Source of the DNA: an uncultured Fibrobacteria bacterium
GTDB lineage: Bacteria; Fibrobacterota; Fibrobacteria; UBA11236
Assembly (NCBI GenBank): GCA_963716395.1
Contig: OY970309.1
Span: 2,528,001-2,592,000 of the forward strand
Direction: 5' to 3'
Length of the DNA stretch: 64,000 bases
The first letter of the stretch is position 1, and each line of letters opens with the position of its first letter. Below, piece by piece: positions 1 through 8,870 of the stretch. Below the pieces are notes generated by a model. That model was given only the letters and a program-made list of their open reading frames with translations. It did no database searches and was not told where the DNA came from. A program made the position numbers and the translations under genes.

Positions 1-2
1 CC

Positions 3-950
3 GCGGAACGGGTGCGCATTTTGGACGGCTTGCGATCGGGGGCGCTGCGGCTGGTGGTGGGAACCCATGCCCTGCTCGCCTCCGACGTGCTTTTTCACGA
101 GCTGCGATTCCTCATCATCGACGAGCAGCATCGCTTCGGGGTGGATCAGCGTTCCGCCCTGGCCGCCAAAGGCCTCGAGCCCCACGTGCTTCTGCTCTCG
201 GCCACCCCCATCCCGCGCACCTTGGCGCAATCGTTGTACGGCGATCTCGACGTCATCGCCCTGACGGAAAAACCACCCGGCCGGCTGCCGGTGAAAACCC
301 GACTGGTTCCCGCCGACAAGGTTCCCGAAATGCTGGGCTTTCTGCGGCGTGAAACCCAAAACGGCAACCAGGCGTATTGGGTGGTGCCGCGCATTGAAGC
401 CGGCGATGCGGATTTTGGCGGCGAGGCCGGCGTCGAAACGGCCGTGCGGCGCCTGCGCAGCTTTTCCTCCGACTGGCGTGTCGAGGCGGTGCATGGCCGG
501 GTGCCCGCCGAGGCGCGTGAGCGCGCGTTGGCCGATTTTCGGGCCGGGGCGGTGCAGGCCTTGGTGGCCACCACGGTGATCGAAGTCGGCGTCGACGTGC
601 CGGCTGCCAACCTCATGGTGGTCGAAGGCGCGGAGCGATTCGGGCTGGCGCAATTGCACCAGTTACGCGGCCGGACGGGCCGGGGCCACCAGCAGGCCTG
701 GTGTTTTTTGCTGGCGCCCGAATCCGGGTGGCCCGACGACGCGGCCGGACGGCTGCGGGAATTCGCGGCGGTGGAAGACGGCTTTCGCATCGCCGAATTG
801 GATTTGCAACGCCGCGGCGCCGGTAACCTCGATGGGACGCAACAAAGCGGTTTCGGTAACCTGCGTTTCGCCGATGTATTGACGGATGCGGATTTACTGC
901 GATCCCTGCGCGCCCGCGCCGCGATCTGGCTGGACGCTCCGGCGGCTTGA
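3..950 (+). CDS. recG: ATP-dependent DNA helicase RecG (C-terminal part; 5' end outside window)
   Basis: GTHAL, IIDEQHRFGV, SATPIPRTL, ATTVIEVGVDVP, AERFGLAQLHQLRGR, DGFRIAELDLQRRGAG (TRG motif). Confidence 0.95.
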   Translation, partial: AERVRILDGLRSGALRLVVGTHALLASDVLFHELRFLIIDEQHRFGVDQRSALAAKGLEPHVLLLSATPIPRTLAQSLYGDLDVIALTEKPPGRLPVKTRLVPADKVPEMLGFLRRETQNGNQAYWVVPRIEAGDADFGGEAGVETAVRRLRSFSSDWRVEAVHGRVPAEARERALADFRAGAVQALVATTVIEVGVDVPAANLMVVEGAERFGLAQLHQLRGRTGRGHQQAWCFLLAPESGWPDDAAGRLREFAAVEDGFRIAELDLQRRGAGNLDGTQQSGFGNLRFADVLTDADLLRSLRARAAIWLDAPAA

Positions 951-1019
951 CGCCGGTTCCCGGGAAAAAACTCCACCAAAAATCCTGGCGGATCAAGTTC
1001 ATGGGGTCGCCCTGCGACG

Positions 1020-1219
1020 GCCAAGCGGGTTTTCAACACCGGTTTAGTAAATGTGGATTATCGCGTTTTGATTTTTAATTCAAAAAAAGCCATTAAACAT
1101 CAATAAACATGAAATGTTTAAAAAATGTTGGTTTCTAAAACTCAACAAAAACATCAAATCAACTTTGTATTGTTACCAACACCGAATCGGAAAACGAAAT
1201 CGCAACCAGGAGAACGTGC
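1020..1219 (+). promoter_or_regulatory. AT-rich control region of the eCIS operon with phased TAAACAT/ATGTTTA repeats and RBS
   Basis: Strongly AT-rich versus flanks. TAAACAT at 1094-1100 and 1104-1110, inverse ATGTTTA at 1114-1120. AGGAG Shine-Dalgarno just before ATG 1220. Confidence 0.55.
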
Positions 1220-2833
1220 ATGCCCACTTATTTGCATCCCGGTGTTTACGTCGAGGAGATCCCGAGCGGATCCAAGCCCATCGAAGGCGTCGGCACTTCG
1301 GTCGCCGCCTTCGTGGGTTACACCCTGCAAGGCCCCATGGACGAGCCCACTTTGATTTCGACGTGGGACGAGTATGAAAAAATTTTCGGGGGCATTCAGG
1401 ATGATGTTCCCGACAGCACCCTGGGGTTGCGAGATCCGATGGGCCACAGCGTGTACGCTTTTTTCCAGAACGGCGGCACCAGCGCCTATATCGTGCGCAC
1501 CACGGTAAAGGATTCCTCGGCGACCTCCGTCGGCAGCATCAACGACGGCGGATCACCGGCCACCAATTATGTCACCTTCACGGTGGCGAACCCGGGAAAG
1601 TGGGGTGATCACTTGAGGGTACGCATCACCCCGAAAGGTACGGTAGCTTCGCCGCCGGCATTCACAGGAACCACCCATTTCACCGTGGTCGTGGGCGAAG
1701 TCGACGACTCCGGAAATAATTTTTCGGCATTGGAAACTTACGGCGATGTCACCTTCGGCGGTTCCGACTCCACCAATATCGATCATGTCATCAGCGATGC
1801 TTCGAGCTTGATTCAGGTAGAGACCGCAGACGCCACCAATGCCTTGTCAAAGCTGGGGAGTCTGTACGCGACCGGGATCGCAGCCACGCCGCCTCAGAGC
1901 TACGTCGAGGTTTCCTTCGCCAACGGCGGCAACGGCACCCTTCCGGATCAAACCGCCTACGACAACGTCTTTGCGCTTTTCACCAAGATCCGCGACATCA
2001 ATATCATTCTCTTGCCGGGACAGGTCTGGCCTGACGGATCGGGCAATGCGGTGATCTCTTCGGCGATTTCGCATTGCGAAAGCATGAAAAGCCGCATGGT
2101 GCTGGTCGACGTGCACCAATCCAGCCTGCTTGGCGATGAGGAGACGGTCACCAACCTCTCGCTGCCCACCGACACCTATTGCGCTCTTTACTATCCGTGG
2201 GTCAAAGTGGCGAATCCGTTCTATAATCCCGACACCAATCCCGGCGCCGAACACACCGTCCTGGTGGCGCCTTCGGCTTTCGGCGCCGGCATGTGGGCCC
2301 GCACTGACGGCCGCCGCGGCGTATGGAAGGCCCCGGCCGGAGTGGAGACTTCACTTTTGGGCGTGGCCGGGCTCGAATTCACCGTCGAAGACGCGGAGCA
2401 GGATTACCTGAACCCGCTGGGTGTGAACGCGCTGCGGAAACTTCCCGGTTACGGCTCGGTGATTTGGGGCGCGCGCACCCTGGCCACCAAGGCCGATCCC
2501 GAGTGGCGCTACATTCCCGTGCGCCGCACCGCCATCTTCATTGAGCAAAGCGTGTATAACGGCATCCAATGGGCCGTGTTCGAACCCAATGACAGCCGCC
2601 TGTGGTCGGCCCTGCGGGTCAACATCGAATCGTTCATGAACGGACTCTTCCGCGCCGGCGCCTTTCAGGGCGACACGGCGGGCGACGCGTATTTCGTGCG
2701 CTGCGGCCTGGGTTCGACCATGGTGCAAGGCGACATCGATCGCGGCCAGGTGATCGTGGTCGTGGGCTTCGCGCCTTTGAAACCCGCCGAATTCGTGATC
2801 GTGAGAATCCAACAACAAGTTGCACAGCAATAA
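1220..2833 (+). CDS. Contractile tail sheath protein (Afp2/3/4-like)
   Basis: MPTYLHPGVYVEE N-terminus; YYPW, RGVWKAPAG, WGART, WRYIPVRR, WAVFEPN, FAPLKPAEFV. Confidence 0.95.
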   Translation: MPTYLHPGVYVEEIPSGSKPIEGVGTSVAAFVGYTLQGPMDEPTLISTWDEYEKIFGGIQDDVPDSTLGLRDPMGHSVYAFFQNGGTSAYIVRTTVKDSSATSVGSINDGGSPATNYVTFTVANPGKWGDHLRVRITPKGTVASPPAFTGTTHFTVVVGEVDDSGNNFSALETYGDVTFGGSDSTNIDHVISDASSLIQVETADATNALSKLGSLYATGIAATPPQSYVEVSFANGGNGTLPDQTAYDNVFALFTKIRDINIILLPGQVWPDGSGNAVISSAISHCESMKSRMVLVDVHQSSLLGDEETVTNLSLPTDTYCALYYPWVKVANPFYNPDTNPGAEHTVLVAPSAFGAGMWARTDGRRGVWKAPAGVETSLLGVAGLEFTVEDAEQDYLNPLGVNALRKLPGYGSVIWGARTLATKADPEWRYIPVRRTAIFIEQSVYNGIQWAVFEPNDSRLWSALRVNIESFMNGLFRAGAFQGDTAGDAYFVRCGLGSTMVQGDIDRGQVIVVVGFAPLKPAEFVIVRIQQQVAQQ

Positions 2834-2848
2834 CCCAGGAGCCACGCC

Positions 2849-3358
2849 ATGCCCGCACCGTTATTCACCGTCAACGCCTACCGCTACGACCCGTACCGCA
2901 CCTTCAAGTTCCAGATTCTCATCGACGGCAAACCCGTGGCCGGCCTGAAGAAAATGGGCGCCCTGAAAAAGAAAACCGAGGTGGTCAAATGGCGCACCGC
3001 CGGCGACCCTTCCAGCGAACGCCTATTGCCCGGCGGCACGAGTTGGGAACCGGTGGCGCTGGAACAGGGGCTGACCCATGATCCGGTGTTCGAGAACTGG
3101 GCCAACCTGGTCAACAATATCCAGGGCGATGCGGCCATGTCGCTCAAGAACTTCCGCAAAGATCTGGTCATCAATGTGCTCAACCTGCAAGGGCAGGTGG
3201 CCATTGCCTACAAGCTGTTCCGCGCCTGGGTGTCGGAATACCAGAGCCTGCCTGACTTCGACGCCGGCACGGTGAACGCGGTGGGCATTCAAACCATCAC
3301 CTTGCAACATGAGGGCTGGGAACGCGACGCCACCGTGCCCGAGCCGACCGAGACTTGA
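2849..3358 (+). CDS. Tail tube protein (T4 gp19-like; Afp1/5)
   Basis: RYDPYRTFKF, LEQGLTHD, FRKD..I, AWVSEYQ, TLQHEGWER; directly after the sheath. Confidence 0.93.
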   Translation: MPAPLFTVNAYRYDPYRTFKFQILIDGKPVAGLKKMGALKKKTEVVKWRTAGDPSSERLLPGGTSWEPVALEQGLTHDPVFENWANLVNNIQGDAAMSLKNFRKDLVINVLNLQGQVAIAYKLFRAWVSEYQSLPDFDAGTVNAVGIQTITLQHEGWERDATVPEPTET

Positions 3359-4188
3359 TCGACCGACGGCAGGCGAACATGCAGTTGCCCGGCGGATGGT
3401 GGGAAAACGGGCGGCGCCGGCGGGATTTTTCCTTCCGCGGCGTGAACGGCGCATTGGAACTGGCCCTGAACGAAGCCGTCGAAAGTGCCGCGTCCTGGCC
3501 CCAAGCCGTAACTTTGGCGTTAACCGCGGCTTTGGACCAATTGGGAGGCCGTTCCGCCGACCCCGCCGCCGTGGCCGGGCTGTGCGTGGCCGACCGCCAT
3601 TTTCTGCTGCGCCGATTACAAATCCACCTCGGCGAGGCGGAACTCTGGCGCCAGGGCGTATGCACGGCCTGCGGCGCCGCCTTTGACTTTCATGTGAGCT
3701 TGGAGGCGTTGCCGGTGGCCGAAGCCGGCGGGGAATTCCCTTTCGCAACCCTGCGCCGGGAAAACCGGGTGTTGCGCTTTCGCCTGCCTACCGGCGCGGA
3801 TCAAGAGGTCGTGGCCGGCCGCGACGATGAAGACGGCGCGCGTCGGGAATTGCTGCGCCGCTGTTGGGTCGCGGAGGGGGAAAGTGATCAGAACGCGGAT
3901 GCGGCCTTCGCGGCCGCGGCCTGGGAGCAAATCGAAGCGGCTTTGGAAGAGGTTTCTCCGGCCGTGATCACCGAAGCCGCGGCGGCCTGCCCCCAATGCG
4001 GGGCCGAAAACCGCGTGGAATTGGATCCCACCGACCTGCTGCGCCGCGGTACCGACCCGCTCTTGCGCGAAGTGCATCAATTGGCCTTGCATTACCACTG
4101 GAGCGAGGCCGACATCCTGGAATTACAGCGTCCGCGACGCCGGCGCTATCTCCACCTCATCGATCAGGCCCGGGGCTTTTCCGGCTAG
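3355..4188 (+). CDS. Tail/baseplate-hub assembly chaperone-like protein with two CxxC and a DUF6760-like C-terminus
   Basis: CTACG and CPQCG; FRLPTGAD; EVHQLALHYHWSEADILEL..RRRRY. Start may be ATG 3379. Confidence 0.7.
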   Translation: MIDRRQANMQLPGGWWENGRRRRDFSFRGVNGALELALNEAVESAASWPQAVTLALTAALDQLGGRSADPAAVAGLCVADRHFLLRRLQIHLGEAELWRQGVCTACGAAFDFHVSLEALPVAEAGGEFPFATLRRENRVLRFRLPTGADQEVVAGRDDEDGARRELLRRCWVAEGESDQNADAAFAAAAWEQIEAALEEVSPAVITEAAAACPQCGAENRVELDPTDLLRRGTDPLLREVHQLALHYHWSEADILELQRPRRRRYLHLIDQARGFSG

Positions 4189-4205
4189 GGCGCTCAGGCA
4201 AGACC

Positions 4206-5282
4206 ATGGGAATTTTATCCGCCGCCGTGCGCGAAGCCCGCCGTTCACAACCGCCCCCGGCGGGGCGGACGTATGCGGCGGCGTCCGCCGTAACTTCGGC
4301 ATTTACCTTGCCCGACGCGGCCGCCACGGCGGAAGCCTCCCTGTCGGTGACGCCAACGCAGAACTTTCAGAAGGAGGGGCGGTTTACGCCCCGAGAGGTG
4401 CCGTCGGACTCGCAGGCTTGGCAAGGCGCTGAGCCGCGGGTTCCCGGCCCATTAAAGGCAGAGTCCGGCCGCACGCCGGGTTCCTCTGCCGTGGATTCGG
4501 AAACGGATCGTCGTATGCATTCCGTGTGGCCTAGTACAAGGGAAGATGATAAGCGGTTGCAGCTTCCTGAAGTCTCAACTCCGTTGGATTCGTTCAATCG
4601 TCCGGTTTCGTCTGCGAGTATTCGCGGTGTGCCGTCTGTGATTGGCTCCGAGTCTGTGGACGTTCCTTCAGATCGAGATGCAAATTTGCCGATGCATGGA
4701 CCTGAGGAAAAGCTGTTGGGACGGCTTCCGGGCCCAGGCACCCCTTCTGAACCTTTCCCCGGCGCTGATTCGGCCGGGCTTTCGCGGCCTGCGGCCGACG
4801 CGTCGTTCCGGGTCGAGTCGCGGCCCGCGGAGGGCGCTGCGCGCAGCCCCACGGAAGCCGAAGCGCCGGCGCCCCGTTCCCCCGAGACCGCCGCCGGTTC
4901 CGTAACTCCGAAGATACGTACGGATTCCGCGGCCTCGCCGCCGCTTCCGCCAGCCGCGGCTTCCGTCTTGCCGGCGTCTCCCATAGCGGCGGTCCGGCCC
5001 GCGCCGGTGCCGAGCCCTTTGCGCCCGGCGGCCGGACCGGCCTTTCCGGCCGCACAAATCGAAGCGTGGGAGCATCGCCTGCAAGCTTTGGCCGATCGCC
5101 TCGAGGCCGTGGCCGGCCGCGAAATCGGCCGGCGGCTGCCGGGTTCCGCCGTCGCCTCGGGGCCGGTGGTGCGCATCGGCCAGGTCGACGTGTTCATCAC
5201 CGCGCCGGTCGTTCCGGCCAAGCCGGCGGCCGCGCAATCGGATCGCGCCTTCCTGAGCCGCAACTATTTGAGGCGGGTTTGA
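4206..5282 (+). CDS. Pro/Ala/Ser-rich disordered eCIS-associated protein
   Basis: Low complexity; C-terminal VVRIGQVDV and FLSRNYLRR; sits before the DUF4255 gene. Start chosen at ATG 4206. Confidence 0.65.
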   Translation: MGILSAAVREARRSQPPPAGRTYAAASAVTSAFTLPDAAATAEASLSVTPTQNFQKEGRFTPREVPSDSQAWQGAEPRVPGPLKAESGRTPGSSAVDSETDRRMHSVWPSTREDDKRLQLPEVSTPLDSFNRPVSSASIRGVPSVIGSESVDVPSDRDANLPMHGPEEKLLGRLPGPGTPSEPFPGADSAGLSRPAADASFRVESRPAEGAARSPTEAEAPAPRSPETAAGSVTPKIRTDSAASPPLPPAAASVLPASPIAAVRPAPVPSPLRPAAGPAFPAAQIEAWEHRLQALADRLEAVAGREIGRRLPGSAVASGPVVRIGQVDVFITAPVVPAKPAAAQSDRAFLSRNYLRRV

Positions 5283-5285
5283 ACC

Positions 5286-6305
5286 ATGGCCTTGGTGGCG
5301 TCGTCGTTGTCGCAGATCTGCAAGGCCATTTCGAGCTTTGTCAGCGCGGGCCTGAACACGGGCGGGGTCACCGTGTTCGTGACCTTGGGCAACCCCGGCG
5401 AATCCGTGGCGGGAGAAAGCGAAGGCCACCGCCTCAACCTGTTCTTCTTCCGCTTCGAAACCTATCAGTTCAACGCCGACGTGCTGCCGGGTGAGAATTT
5501 GCTGATGCGCATGCATTGCATCGTCACGCCCTTCGCCGTGCTCGAAGACAGCATCAGCGCGGGCGAAAACGATTTGCGGCTGGTGGGCGAAGTGCTGCGC
5601 ATCTTCCACGAACAGCCGGTGTTCCTGCTCAGCGCCGACTCCCAGCAATTCGAAGTGCAGGTGATTCTGCAAAACCTGGGATTGGATCAAATCAACCAGC
5701 TTTGGTCCACGCAAGGCGAAACCCTGTACCGCCCGTCGCTGTTATACGAAGTGTCGCTGGCGCCGGTGATCCCCAACAAAAAATCGGTGACCGCTCCCTT
5801 GGCCGGCGCCTTGGGCCTCGACGTCGAAGCCGATTTGGAGACGGTCGCGACGGGCAGCGTTGCGGCCGCGCCGCCGGACGTGGCGGCCGCGCGGGTCGAC
5901 ACCGCCCGCGAGGAGTGGGCGCCGCTCATTGCGTTCGTGTCGGGAGGCGCCTGCCTACAATCGGTGAGCTTCGCCCTGGGCAGCCCAGAGCTGTCCGCGT
6001 TCACGCCGGCGGTGTGGATTGCGGGGTTGTTGGGGGCCGCCGTGCAATTGCGCTGGGATGTCTGGGATTCGGTTTCGGGTTGGCAGACGCAGAGCAGCAC
6101 CACGCCCGCGACGGTTGCGACCGCGTCTCTGGATCCGGCGCAGGCCGCCTCGGCGACCACCGTTACCGCGGCGCTACCCTTTACCGAACATGCGGGCCAG
6201 GCCGTGCTCTATGCCGTGCGCAGCTATGCGCGCGGTTTTGACGGAACCAGCGTGACCGTGCGCAGCAACCCCTTACTGGTCAATCTGTACGCGGGGGGGC
6301 CATGA
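5286..6305 (+). CDS. DUF4255/Pvc16-like tail terminator (cap) with C-terminal extension
   Basis: LNLFFFRF, IVTPF, LVGEVLRIFHEQPV, INQLWS...YRPSLLYEVS pattern. Confidence 0.8.
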   Translation: MALVASSLSQICKAISSFVSAGLNTGGVTVFVTLGNPGESVAGESEGHRLNLFFFRFETYQFNADVLPGENLLMRMHCIVTPFAVLEDSISAGENDLRLVGEVLRIFHEQPVFLLSADSQQFEVQVILQNLGLDQINQLWSTQGETLYRPSLLYEVSLAPVIPNKKSVTAPLAGALGLDVEADLETVATGSVAAAPPDVAAARVDTAREEWAPLIAFVSGGACLQSVSFALGSPELSAFTPAVWIAGLLGAAVQLRWDVWDSVSGWQTQSSTTPATVATASLDPAQAASATTVTAALPFTEHAGQAVLYAVRSYARGFDGTSVTVRSNPLLVNLYAGGP

Positions 6306-7663
6306 TCGCGCCCACCCCGAAAGCTTCCCCCCTGGATAAAACGACCGCCGCGGATTTGCTCCCGGAATGGGAACGCCTGCAATTCCTGGGTTTTTGCCTG
6401 TCGCAAACCCGCCTGGGGCGGGAAATCCAGGCAACGGAACTGCGCCGCCTGCAGGAGTTGCAAAGCCAGGTCGACCAAGCGCGCGGCGACGGGGTGTGGA
6501 CGGCGGTACTGCCTGCGCCGTCGGCGGCTTTGTCGCCGCTCGAACTCGACGTGCTGGCTTGTGTGGTGGGCCCCGAAGTGGAGCCGCGTTTGGGTTGGAT
6601 GTATCAAACCCTGCAGCCGGGTATGGCGCACCCCTACCCGTCACGAGCCCTCATTCAGGAATTGCTGGCGCTGGATTCGCCCTGGGTGGAAAAACTGCAC
6701 GGGGCGCTGCTGCCGTCGGCGCCGCTGTGCGCCGGCCGATTGATCCGCGTCGAAGGCGAGCATCCCTACAAGCCCCTGACGCCCGAGCCGTGGATTGCGG
6801 CGCGCATTCTGGGCCGCGCCCAAAGCGATCCCCCGCCTCCCGGGGCCGTGGCCGTCAAGGTGCAGGCCACCTGGGAGACCTTGGTGTTACCCCCGTCGCG
6901 CAAGGCCATGCTGCGCGAATTCCTGTTATGGATCCGCCATCGCGAACGCGTGGTGAACCAATGGGGCGGCGGGGCGGTGGGCGGACCGGTGGCGCTGTTC
7001 TCGGGTCCGTCGGGCACGGGCAAAACTCTGGCGGCCTCGGTGATCGCGTCGGAATTGGGATGGCCCCTGTACCGCGTGGATCTCGGCCGGCTGGTGAGCA
7101 AATACATCGGCGAAACCGAGCAGAACCTGAACGCGCTTTTCGAAGCGGCGCATGGCCGGCCCATGGTCTTGCAATTCGACGAGGCCGACAGCCTATTCGC
7201 CAAACGCGGCGACGTGAAGGAAGCGCGCGATCGCTACGCCAACATGGAAGTCAGCCATTTGCTGGCCCGCATCGAGTCGCATGACGGCCCCTGCATTCTC
7301 ACCACCAATTTGCGCAAGCAATTGGATTCGGCGTTTTCGCGCCGCTTCCAGATGGTGCTGGAATTCCCGCGGCCCGACGCCCGTTCGCGCGCCCTCCTCT
7401 GGGCGCAATTGCTGCCGCCGCGCGCGCCGCGCGCTCCCGAAGTCGATCCGGAATTTTTAGGCTCGTCCGCCAGCCTGACCGGCGGTGGCATCCGCAATGC
7501 GGCCTTGCACGCCGCCTACATGGCCGCCGATCAAGACGGCCGCATCGAACTGCGTCATGTGGCGCTGGCGGTGTGGCGCGAAATCACCAAGGAAGGCCGC
7601 GAAGCTTCGTTTCAGGAGTTGGGGCCCTTGGCCGCGCATTTGCCGGAGAACCTGTATGATTGA
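6302..7663 (+). CDS. AAA+ ATPase (Afp15/Pvc15-like)
   Basis: Walker A GPSGTGKT, RVDLGRLVSKYIGETEQNL, Walker B FDEADSLF, DRYANMEVSHLL. Confidence 0.92.
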   Translation: MIAPTPKASPLDKTTAADLLPEWERLQFLGFCLSQTRLGREIQATELRRLQELQSQVDQARGDGVWTAVLPAPSAALSPLELDVLACVVGPEVEPRLGWMYQTLQPGMAHPYPSRALIQELLALDSPWVEKLHGALLPSAPLCAGRLIRVEGEHPYKPLTPEPWIAARILGRAQSDPPPPGAVAVKVQATWETLVLPPSRKAMLREFLLWIRHRERVVNQWGGGAVGGPVALFSGPSGTGKTLAASVIASELGWPLYRVDLGRLVSKYIGETEQNLNALFEAAHGRPMVLQFDEADSLFAKRGDVKEARDRYANMEVSHLLARIESHDGPCILTTNLRKQLDSAFSRRFQMVLEFPRPDARSRALLWAQLLPPRAPRAPEVDPEFLGSSASLTGGGIRNAALHAAYMAADQDGRIELRHVALAVWREITKEGREASFQELGPLAAHLPENLYD

Positions 7664-7889
7664 TATCACGCGTCTCCGCCTGCACTTGCCCGCGGGCTTC
7701 GAGCGCCGCGCCGCGCGCATCGCGCGCCTGGTGGGCGACGAACTGGCGCGCCTGCCGGTTGCTTCCGAAGTCCACGCGGATTCGCTGCATGTGCGCGGAC
7801 TCGAAATTTCCCCCGCGCTGTCGGACCGCCGCGCGGCGGCCCGCATCGCCTCCGCCATCCACCGCCAAGCCCAGGCACCGCAAGGTTAG
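7656..7889 (+). CDS. Small hypothetical eCIS protein (77 aa)
   Basis: MIDITRLRLHLPAG...ARLVGDELA...AARIASAI; overlaps the ATPase end; in frame with ORF 7485..7889. Confidence 0.6.
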   Translation: MIDITRLRLHLPAGFERRAARIARLVGDELARLPVASEVHADSLHVRGLEISPALSDRRAAARIASAIHRQAQAPQG

Positions 7890-7925
7890 ACGATGATAGT
7901 CCCGACGATGAAAGGAAAATGCTGA

Positions 7926-8576
7926 ATGGCCGCCAATGTCACCAAGGGATTTCTCGTTGAGTATGCGCTGGCCTTGCCGCCGCTGGTTTTGGTGTTCGAT
8001 TTCAACCCGCAAACCCTGGCGCGCAACCGCAGCATCACCATCACCACGGGCAGCACGCCGGCCACGCGCGGCGGCTACGACTTCGCCTTGCCCACGGAAA
8101 CGCCGCGGGTGGCGCAGGGCGTGTCGGTGGATCCCGAAAGCTTCGACGTCGACATTCTCCTCGACGCCACCGATCGCATGGAAACCGGCGATCCCATCGC
8201 CACCCAATTCGGCATCGAACCCGAGCTCGATACCTTGCGTTCCTTGGTGGAACCGAAAACCCAGGGTCCGGGCGGCTTTCAGATGCTGTCGAGCCTGGGC
8301 CTGGGCGGCGGCCGCGCCTTCCAGCGCTCCGAGTGCCCGTCGGTGGTGCTGTTCGTTTGGGGAACGCACGTGTTACCCATTTTTTTGAAAGGCATCGACG
8401 TGAGCGAAACCGCGCACATGCCCTCGCTCATTCCTTACCGCGCCACGGTGAAGCTGTCGATGCAGGTCATCGAAGGCAACAACCCGTTCTATACCGCCGA
8501 GAAAATCCGCCAGGTGGCGGGTGCGGCGCTGAACACGGGCCGCACCGTGGGCGTCGCCGTCGGAGGGCTCTTGTAA
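7926..8576 (+). CDS. CIS tube initiator protein (Afp7-like N-terminal domain)
   Basis: FDFNPQTL, ILLDATD, PSVVLFVWG, PYRATVKLSM. Confidence 0.8.
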   Translation: MAANVTKGFLVEYALALPPLVLVFDFNPQTLARNRSITITTGSTPATRGGYDFALPTETPRVAQGVSVDPESFDVDILLDATDRMETGDPIATQFGIEPELDTLRSLVEPKTQGPGGFQMLSSLGLGGGRAFQRSECPSVVLFVWGTHVLPIFLKGIDVSETAHMPSLIPYRATVKLSMQVIEGNNPFYTAEKIRQVAGAALNTGRTVGVAVGGLL

Positions 8577-8578
8577 CC

Positions 8579-8869
8579 ATGTTCAGCAAAGGCTCCCGCT
8601 ATGAAAACGCGCGTCCCTTCGCGGACGCCGCCGACGGTTCCACGGTTTTTTCCGGCGTGCGGGCGCGCGCCATCGGCCCGGCCACGGGCGTGGTGGAATA
8701 CGTGGTCAAGGCCGGAGACCGGCTCGACCTCTTGGCCCGCCACTTCTACAACAACCAACTCCTGTGGTGGCGCATCCTCGACGCCAATCCCGATTTGATC
8801 TTCGGCGGCGATCTCCAACTGGCGGATTCCGAAGGCGAAACCATTCTCATTCCCAAGGCCAAGGAATAG
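8579..8869 (+). CDS. LysM/tail-X-like small baseplate protein
   Basis: MFSKGSRY; YVVKAGDRLDLLARHFY...WWRILDANP...GETILIP. Confidence 0.85.
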   Translation: MFSKGSRYENARPFADAADGSTVFSGVRARAIGPATGVVEYVVKAGDRLDLLARHFYNNQLLWWRILDANPDLIFGGDLQLADSEGETILIPKAKE

Positions 8870-8870
8870 C

